A model generated the notes under the pieces. That model made no database searches. It had not been told where the DNA came from and saw only the letters and a list, made by a program, of their open reading frames with translations. Below, in pieces: positions 57,721-64,000 of a stretch of DNA of 64,000 bases; positions within the stretch are counted from its first letter, which is position 1; the number at the start of each line of letters is the position of its first letter. Source of the DNA: an uncultured Bacteroidaceae bacterium (GTDB lineage: Bacteria; Bacteroidota; Bacteroidia; Bacteroidales; SM23-62); contig CAYQQR010000006.1 in the NCBI GenBank assembly GCA_964420035.1, positions 28,885-92,884 on the forward strand, read 5' to 3'. A program made the translations under genes and the position numbers.

Positions 57721-60700
57721 ATGACTTCCACCCAAAATGTACAGAATCCTGCTGGAGTGTATTATATCGGGGTTGATATTGGTTCCATCTCCATCAATAC
57801 CGTGGTGCTTGACCGGGAAGGGAATATTCTTGAAGATCATTACGAGTATTGCCACGGCCAGCCCTTTAAGCTTCTGAATAAAAATCTGAGAAGCCTGTTT
57901 GATAAATACGGACCGGATAATTTGGGTGGATTAGCTTTTACAGGCACCGGGGGTGAACTCGGAACGAAACTTACCGGCGGTGTTTTTGTTAACGAGATCA
58001 TCGCCCAGTCCGTGGGCGTGGGCAACCACCATCCCGAAATTAGGACCATCATTGAGATAGGCGGGGAAGATTCCAAGCTGATCTTTATGGATCAGCAGAA
58101 ACATGATGGTCATGCCCGCATGTCGGATTTCAATATGAATACCCTGTGTGCCGCAGGTACCGGTTCTTTTCTCGACCAGCAAAGCAAAAGACTGGGAATC
58201 AAGATAGAAAATGAATTTGGCGAACTGGCCTTGCAATCCGGGGATCCTCCGAGGATAGCCGGAAGGTGCAGTGTTTTCGCAAAAACTGACATGATCCACC
58301 TGCAACAGATCGCCACACCGGTACAGGATATTGTAGCGGGTTTGTGTTTTGCCGTTGCACGGAATTTCTTAAGCACGGTAGGCAGGGGTAAGGAGATACA
58401 ATACCCGGTATCCCTGCAGGGAGGGGTAGCTGCCAACGTGGGCGTGAGGCGGGCCTTTCGTGAACTGCTGGATGCCGATGAAAGCAAGCTTATTGTACCG
58501 GATCATTTTGCATCCCTGGGTGCCATAGGGGCCGTAACCCATGCATTTTTGGACGGACAGGAAAAAGAAGGATGGAAATTTGGCGGACTGGAAAAACTGG
58601 AAGAATACTTAAGCAAAACCAGCGGGCAACATAAAGCGCATCAGAAACTGCACCGGCCCGAGTATGAGGTGAATAAAGAAGTTTATACCCCAAGCGAAAG
58701 TGAAAAACCCGTGGCGGTTGCCCTGGGTATCGATGTGGGGTCTCTGAGCACCAACCTGGTGCTTATTGATGCCCAAAACCGGGTGATCGCACGCCGTTAC
58801 CTTCCTACAGCGGGGAAACCCCTGGAAGCCATACGGGGCGGACTGGCCAGCATACAGGAAGAAATAGGTGATGATGTAAAGGTTATTGCCGCCGGTACCA
58901 CGGGTTCAGGCCGTTACCTTACCGGTGATTTTATCGGTGCCGACACCATCAGAAATGAGATCACCGCCCAGGCCACCGCTGCCATTGCTATAGACCCCAA
59001 GGTGGATACCATTTTTGAGATCGGTGGTCAGGATTCCAAGTACATCAGCATCGACAACGGGGTGGTTGTCGATTTCGAGATGAATAAAGTCTGTGCAGCC
59101 GGTACCGGGTCCTTCCTGGAAGAGCAAGCCGAGAAACTGGATATCAATATTATTGAAGAATTTGCCAACCTGGCCCTTGAAGCCGGACAACCCGCCAAGC
59201 TGGGGGATCGTTGTACGGTCTTTATGGAATCAGACCTGAATGCACACCAACAGCGCGGGGTGAACAAGGAAAACCTGGTGGGCGGATTGGCCTATTCCAT
59301 TGTACAGAACTACATACAGAAAGTGGTTCGTAACAAGCGGATTGGCAACTATATTTTCTTCCAGGGCGGGGTGACCAATAACCGGTCGGTGGTCGCGGCC
59401 TTTGAAAAGGTTACCGGCAAATCCATCAAGGTGCCCCCGCACTTCGATGTAACCGGTGCCATTGGTGCTGCTATTCTGGCCCGGGATTATGTGGAGGAGA
59501 CCGGCGTAAATAAAACCCGTTTCAAGGGTTTTGATGTGAGTAAGGTACCCTACACGGTTTCCAAATTCACCTGTAAAGGCTGCAGCAATCAATGCGAGAT
59601 TCGTAAGGTTAATATTGAAGGAGAGAAGAAAGCCCTGTTCTTTGGTGGCCGGTGTGAAAAATATGAAAAAGAGGAACGCAAAGGCAAAGGCGAAGGGATT
59701 CCTGATCTTTTCAGGGAAAGAACGGAAATGCTCCTGGAAGGCTATGAAAAAAGTGAAAAGGATGACCGGATCAGTATCGGTATCCCTATGGGATTGATGA
59801 TCTTTTATCAGCAGTTCCCCCTGTGGAACCGCTTTTTCGAGGAATTGAACTTCCGGGTGGTGCATTCACGGCCCTCTGACAGGCAACTGGTAAGGACCGC
59901 CCTGGAGGTGATGAGTGCAGAAACCTGTCTGCCGGTTGAAGTAATGCACGGACATATACAGGACCTGCTGGAACAGGATGTGGATTATATTTTCGCGCCT
60001 TTCATTGTTAACGTCCCCGGTAACGACGGGGACATGACCAGCGACTGTAACTGTCCCTGGGTTCAGACCTACCCCTTCATGGTCCGGTCTGCTTTCCATC
60101 ATAAATTGCCTGAAGGCAAGATGCTTTCGCCCACATTGCATCTGAAGTTTTATCCCGGCCCGTTCTCCTCGGAATTGAGCCGTTTCATGAAGAAAAACTT
60201 CGGGATTCCGGCTTCAAAGGTTAAAAGAGCACTGAAAACGGCACTCGAGCAACAAAAGCAATTTGAAGCGAAAGCAAAAAAGCGGGGGCAGGAGATATTG
60301 AACGACCTGCCCCAGGACCTGATCAAGCTGGTTATACTCGGCCGGCCTTATAATACCGGCGATCCGGAATTGAACCTGAAAACGGTAGAAAAGCTGATCA
60401 ACCAGAATGTTCTTCCCATACCCCTGGACTTTCTGCCCCTGGAGTCGATGCATATCACGGAAGATTATCCCAGCATGTACTGGCCCAACGGACAGCGAAT
60501 CCTGGCCGGGGCCCGTTATGTTGCGCAGCATGAAGACCTTTTTGCCCTCTACATCAGCAACTTCCGCTGTGGCCCCGATTCCTTCCTCACGCATTACGTG
60601 CATGATGAGATGAAAGGTAAGCCCTACCTGGAGATTGAGATTGATGAACATTCCGCCGATGCCGGGTTAATTACCCGTTATGAAGCATTTCTGGACAGTT

Positions 60701-61989
60701 TGCGGGCCTACAAACTCAAGACCAGGAAAGAGGCACATAAGCGTGCTTCCTGGGGCCTCTCATCCAGTCCGCAAAAAGACAGGATACTCTATTTCCCCTA
60801 CATGTGCGATGCGGCTTATGCCATAGCAGCTGCCACACGCGGTTGTGACATGCCCTCAGAGGTATTGCCCATGCAAACTGAGGAAGACCTGGAGCTGGGC
60901 AGAAAATATACTACATCCAAGGAATGCTTTCCCATGATCTGTACCACCGGCAGTTTTCTTAAGAAACTGATGGAACCGGGGGTCAATCCTTCCAGGGTGA
61001 GTTTCTTCATGCCCGACCACAATGGCCCCTGCCGTTTCGGTCAGTACAACCGGCTGCAAAGGATCATTTTTGACAAGCTGGGATTCCAGGATGCCCGGAT
61101 CATTTCTCCCGGCAACGATTCTGCCTATACCGACATATCCGGGGGGCAGGGGACCAGGTTCAGGCTCAATGCATGGAAAGGATTTGTTGCTGTCGACCTG
61201 CTGCGTAAGCTCAAACAGGAAAGGAAACCTTACGAGATCAATCCGGGTGAAGTGGAGCAGGTCTACCGGCAAGCCCTGCAGAATGTGATCCATTCTGTAG
61301 AGAATGGTTCCAGGGACCTGCCCGGGGTCATGGAAGAAGCCGGTAAGGAGTTCCAGAAGATAGCCCTGGATAAGTCCAATCCCCGCCCTGTCGTGGCGGT
61401 AGTTGGAGAGATCTTTATGCGGGATAATCCGTTCTGCAGCGGGTTCCTGGTTCAAAAACTCGAAAAGATGGGGGCCGAGACCTTCATAGCGCCCTTCAGT
61501 GAATGGATCGTTTACTCTACCTATCGCTATACCCGTGACAGCCTGTGGAAAAGCGATTATGTGGGCCTGTTTAAATCAAAGATTCAGAAGATAAGCCAGG
61601 ATATTACCCAAAAAAGAATTGAAAAAGGGGTACATCACCTTATCGATGCGGAAAGAGACATCAAAGTCAAGCAAATGCTGGAACTCTGTCATCCTTATAT
61701 CGATAAGGACTATGACGGCGACCCGGCCCTGAACCTGGGTACTTCGGCAGCCCTGTACCCCACGGGAATTTCCGGGGTGGCCAATATCCTGCCATTCACT
61801 TGTTTACCCGGTACCGTTGTATCGGCACTTTCCGACCGGTACCGCGAGGACCATGACAATATTCCTTATGTCAACATTCCTTACGACGGCCAGGAAGACA
61901 GCTCCCTGGAGATTCGCCTCCAGGCTTTTATGCACCAGGTGTATGAGTTTGCGGAGGAGAAGAGTAGGGCCCAAGCCTTGACGAAATAG
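57721..61989 (+). CDS. Fusion of two BcrAD/BadFG-type (HgdC-like) activase ATPase domains with two DUF2229/dehydratase-like halves
   Basis: 1422 aa. Two actin-fold ATPase modules begin GVDIGSISINTVV and GIDVGSLSTNLVL, each containing CAAGTGSF. The C-terminal part is Cys-rich (CKGCSNQCEI, GGRCEKYE, FRCGPDS, NGPCRFGQY). Confidence 0.8.
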   Translation: MTSTQNVQNPAGVYYIGVDIGSISINTVVLDREGNILEDHYEYCHGQPFKLLNKNLRSLFDKYGPDNLGGLAFTGTGGELGTKLTGGVFVNEIIAQSVGVGNHHPEIRTIIEIGGEDSKLIFMDQQKHDGHARMSDFNMNTLCAAGTGSFLDQQSKRLGIKIENEFGELALQSGDPPRIAGRCSVFAKTDMIHLQQIATPVQDIVAGLCFAVARNFLSTVGRGKEIQYPVSLQGGVAANVGVRRAFRELLDADESKLIVPDHFASLGAIGAVTHAFLDGQEKEGWKFGGLEKLEEYLSKTSGQHKAHQKLHRPEYEVNKEVYTPSESEKPVAVALGIDVGSLSTNLVLIDAQNRVIARRYLPTAGKPLEAIRGGLASIQEEIGDDVKVIAAGTTGSGRYLTGDFIGADTIRNEITAQATAAIAIDPKVDTIFEIGGQDSKYISIDNGVVVDFEMNKVCAAGTGSFLEEQAEKLDINIIEEFANLALEAGQPAKLGDRCTVFMESDLNAHQQRGVNKENLVGGLAYSIVQNYIQKVVRNKRIGNYIFFQGGVTNNRSVVAAFEKVTGKSIKVPPHFDVTGAIGAAILARDYVEETGVNKTRFKGFDVSKVPYTVSKFTCKGCSNQCEIRKVNIEGEKKALFFGGRCEKYEKEERKGKGEGIPDLFRERTEMLLEGYEKSEKDDRISIGIPMGLMIFYQQFPLWNRFFEELNFRVVHSRPSDRQLVRTALEVMSAETCLPVEVMHGHIQDLLEQDVDYIFAPFIVNVPGNDGDMTSDCNCPWVQTYPFMVRSAFHHKLPEGKMLSPTLHLKFYPGPFSSELSRFMKKNFGIPASKVKRALKTALEQQKQFEAKAKKRGQEILNDLPQDLIKLVILGRPYNTGDPELNLKTVEKLINQNVLPIPLDFLPLESMHITEDYPSMYWPNGQRILAGARYVAQHEDLFALYISNFRCGPDSFLTHYVHDEMKGKPYLEIEIDEHSADAGLITRYEAFLDSLRAYKLKTRKEAHKRASWGLSSSPQKDRILYFPYMCDAAYAIAAATRGCDMPSEVLPMQTEEDLELGRKYTTSKECFPMICTTGSFLKKLMEPGVNPSRVSFFMPDHNGPCRFGQYNRLQRIIFDKLGFQDARIISPGNDSAYTDISGGQGTRFRLNAWKGFVAVDLLRKLKQERKPYEINPGEVEQVYRQALQNVIHSVENGSRDLPGVMEEAGKEFQKIALDKSNPRPVVAVVGEIFMRDNPFCSGFLVQKLEKMGAETFIAPFSEWIVYSTYRYTRDSLWKSDYVGLFKSKIQKISQDITQKRIEKGVHHLIDAERDIKVKQMLELCHPYIDKDYDGDPALNLGTSAALYPTGISGVANILPFTCLPGTVVSALSDRYREDHDNIPYVNIPYDGQEDSSLEIRLQAFMHQVYEFAEEKSRAQALTK

Positions 61990-62010
61990 ACAAGAGGTAA
62001 GTTTTTATTA

Positions 62011-62065
62011 CTGGCTTCTGGTATCTGGCTTCTGGTCACTGGCTACAACGACCAGCCACCAGCTT
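62011..62065. repeat. Cryptic 7-nt-period tract: CTGG type x5, then CCAG type x2 (self-inverted)
   Basis: The units read ctggctt ctggtat ctggctt ctggtca ctggcta, then caacga, then ccagcca ccagctt. They can form an imperfect hairpin of about 11 bp between two convergent genes. Confidence 0.85.
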
Positions 62066-62094
62066 ATAGAAACATTAAAATTCCCGAATACAAA

Positions 62095-62748
62095 TTATTT
62101 GGTCCTGATAAACACATCCATCACCGCCGGATCATCGGTGATGGCCTTGAAGTTATTGTCAATGAGGACCTGATTGGAAATTTCTGATTCCACGACATTT
62201 CCGGTTGTCTCCACTTTTTTGACATCCCTTTCAAAGGCAAAACTCAACTTGTATTTCATGCTTTTCAGGATCTCGTCGGCGAATTCCTCGTCCATCTCAT
62301 CGCCAAGCAGTTCTTCTTTGGTCCGATCTTCACCGGGATGCTGGATGCGATAAAACTTTCTTTTCCCTTTCTTCCGGAAATAGTTATGATATCCTTCTCC
62401 TTCTTTCAAAAGAATATTCATCGCCTGGTTGAGGGCCCCGATGTTATCAAAATCATAGCGGATACCATAGATGTATTCATCGGGAAAACCGCTCATTTGT
62501 ACCTCGTGGATGTCATTCACAGACTTCAGTGAACTGAGCGCTTCTTCGAAGGATTCGAGAAATTCCATCTCTTCACCGGCGGAACTGTCTTCAGTCATTT
62601 TCATCAATCCGGCAATCTCGCTCAGGTCCAGGATATACTCCATGGAACCCGAGCCGTCCCGGTTAAAAAAATACCGCTCTTCTACGGTAATGCAGGAGCT
62701 TATAAATACTGCTAAAGCAATTATTAGAAAGAGGAGGGATTTTTTCAT
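62095..62748 (-). CDS. Hypothetical lipoprotein
   Basis: Start taken at MKKSLLFLIIALAVFISSC (lipobox). The longer track ORF would overlap the response regulator gene. Confidence 0.5.
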   Translation of the reverse strand: MKKSLLFLIIALAVFISSCITVEERYFFNRDGSGSMEYILDLSEIAGLMKMTEDSSAGEEMEFLESFEEALSSLKSVNDIHEVQMSGFPDEYIYGIRYDFDNIGALNQAMNILLKEGEGYHNYFRKKGKRKFYRIQHPGEDRTKEELLGDEMDEEFADEILKSMKYKLSFAFERDVKKVETTGNVVESEISNQVLIDNNFKAITDDPAVMDVFIRTK

Positions 62749-62776
62749 AGGGTGAATATAGGGAAATTCGAATTTC

Positions 62777-63472
62777 TCATTGCGGAACGATGAGCTTGTA
62801 TCCCTTCCCATGCACATTGATGATCTCCACCTCCGGGTCTTCTTTAAGGTATTTGCGTAATTTGGTAATGTATACGTCCATGCTGCGGGCATTGAAATAA
62901 TTGTCATCATACCAGATGGCTTTCAGGGCATAGTTCCTGTCGAGCACCTGGTTGGCATTACTGCAGAGCAATTTCAGCAGGTCCGATTCCTTGGTGGTGA
63001 GCTTCTGCTTTTTATCGTTCAGACAAAGCTGCTGTTTCTGGCTGTCGAAATGGTAAGAACCCAGCCGGAACTCATGCTGCCCGCTTGTCTTCCGGCCAAC
63101 GGTCCGTTTCATGATGGCTTCAATGCGGTACAATAATTCCTCCATGCTGAAAGGTTTGGTGATGTAGTCATCCGCCCCCACACTAAAACCTTCCAGGACA
63201 TCTTCTTTCATCGATTTAGCTGTCAGGAAAATGATGGGGATATCCTGGTTGGTCATGCGAATCTCTTTGGCCAGTGAGATGCCGTCCTTGACGGGCATCA
63301 TGATATCCAGAATACAAAGGTCGTAAGGGTCTTTAAAGAATTTTTTCAGGGCCTTATCCCCGTCGGTGACCCATTCGGTCTCGTATGATTTGGCAGTCAG
63401 GTATTCCCTGAGCAGGGACCCGAGGTTTTCATCGTCTTCCGCCAGTAAAATCCTGGTTTTATTTTCTTCCAT
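62777..63472 (-). CDS. Response regulator, OmpR/PhoB family
   Basis: 231 aa with a receiver domain (LLAEDDENL...LDIMMP) and a C-terminal winged-helix DNA-binding domain. Confidence 0.9.
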   Translation of the reverse strand: MEENKTRILLAEDDENLGSLLREYLTAKSYETEWVTDGDKALKKFFKDPYDLCILDIMMPVKDGISLAKEIRMTNQDIPIIFLTAKSMKEDVLEGFSVGADDYITKPFSMEELLYRIEAIMKRTVGRKTSGQHEFRLGSYHFDSQKQQLCLNDKKQKLTTKESDLLKLLCSNANQVLDRNYALKAIWYDDNYFNARSMDVYITKLRKYLKEDPEVEIINVHGKGYKLIVPQ

Positions 63473-63477
63473 GGGGT

Positions 63478-64000
63478 TCAGTTTTGTTTCATGGGTAAAC
63501 GAATTTCAAAAGTAGAACCCCGGTTGGGTTCACTTTTTACAGATATATGCCCATCATGCTCTTCAACAATTCTTTTTACATAACTCAGTCCCAGACCGAA
63601 ACCTTTGACGTTGTGGACGTTTCCGGAGGGTACCCGGTAGAACTTTTCGAATATTTTCTTCAGGTTTTCGCGGCTGATTCCCATTCCTTTGTCTGAGATT
63701 CGTATAATGGCCGTATGATCGCTTATGTCCGTGATAACCTGAATACTGGGTGCTTCCGGACTGTATTTTATCGCATTGTCTATCAGGTTGGAAAGTACAT
63801 TGGAAAAATGTACCGGATCGATGTTCATGTTAATATCCTCCTGGTGACAGTTGCAATCTATGGTTCCTCCCTTCTTACCGACCTGTATGGAAAAACTGTC
63901 GGCGACATTGTGTGCCAGCTCATTCAGGTTTTCCTTTTTCTTTTTCAGGTGAATCTGGCCCTTGTCGAAAATGGCCATCTGCAATACTTTTTCGACCTGG
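63478..64000 (-). CDS. Sensor histidine kinase, C-terminal HATPase_c part (N-terminus beyond the window)
   Basis: N-box NLIDNAIKYS and G-boxes DKGMGI and GFGLGLSYV. The frame stays open to the right edge. Confidence 0.85.
   Translation of the reverse strand, partial: QVEKVLQMAIFDKGQIHLKKKKENLNELAHNVADSFSIQVGKKGGTIDCNCHQEDINMNIDPVHFSNVLSNLIDNAIKYSPEAPSIQVITDISDHTAIIRISDKGMGISRENLKKIFEKFYRVPSGNVHNVKGFGLGLSYVKRIVEEHDGHISVKSEPNRGSTFEIRLPMKQN

Overview
This is a 64 kb chromosomal segment that looks like a Bacteroidota genome. The evidence is a T9SS translocon gene sprA, T9SS C-terminal sorting domains, an S46 dipeptidyl-peptidase, TAnnTTTG-type -7 promoter boxes and several Bacteroidota-typical DUF lipoproteins. 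I call about 48 protein genes, one initiator tRNA-Met and two gene remnants. I see no rRNA, CRISPR array, integrase or transposase.

Most of the window is housekeeping: rimP-nusA-infB, gcvH, sprA, ruvA, pdxA, pepA, gatA, tatA, rseP, dxr, rnhB, rnhA, kdsB, a sigma-54 activator followed by an lptE-like gene and secG, groES-groEL and lepA.

The accessory part is about 23.3-30.3 kb, directly downstream of tRNA-fMet. It is a gene-by-gene compositional mosaic with three orphan P-loop NTPases (two tandem AAA_14/DUF4143 paralogues and one Arch_ATPase type), a GC-rich GH172/DUF2961 gene, a 2-TM miniprotein and an orphan ArsC-like phosphatase. A duplicated tRNA 3' end with its own plus-strand terminator suggests an old integration at the tRNA.

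The most unusual sequence-level signal is a family of at least 13 short-period (7, 8 or 10 nt) degenerate tandem tracts. They sit almost only at gene junctions, often touching stop codons, in both orientations and sometimes as inverted pairs.

Other items:
- A truncated malic-enzyme gene.
- A signal-peptide/T9SS-CTD fusion remnant.
- A 1422-aa double-activase fusion with no partner genes.
- An NPCBM-GH9/DUF4252/DUF3160-CTD cluster.
- Separated SiaB-like and SiaC-like genes.

All start codons are predictions made by eye. Family assignments rest on recognised motifs and recalled family features, not on searches.
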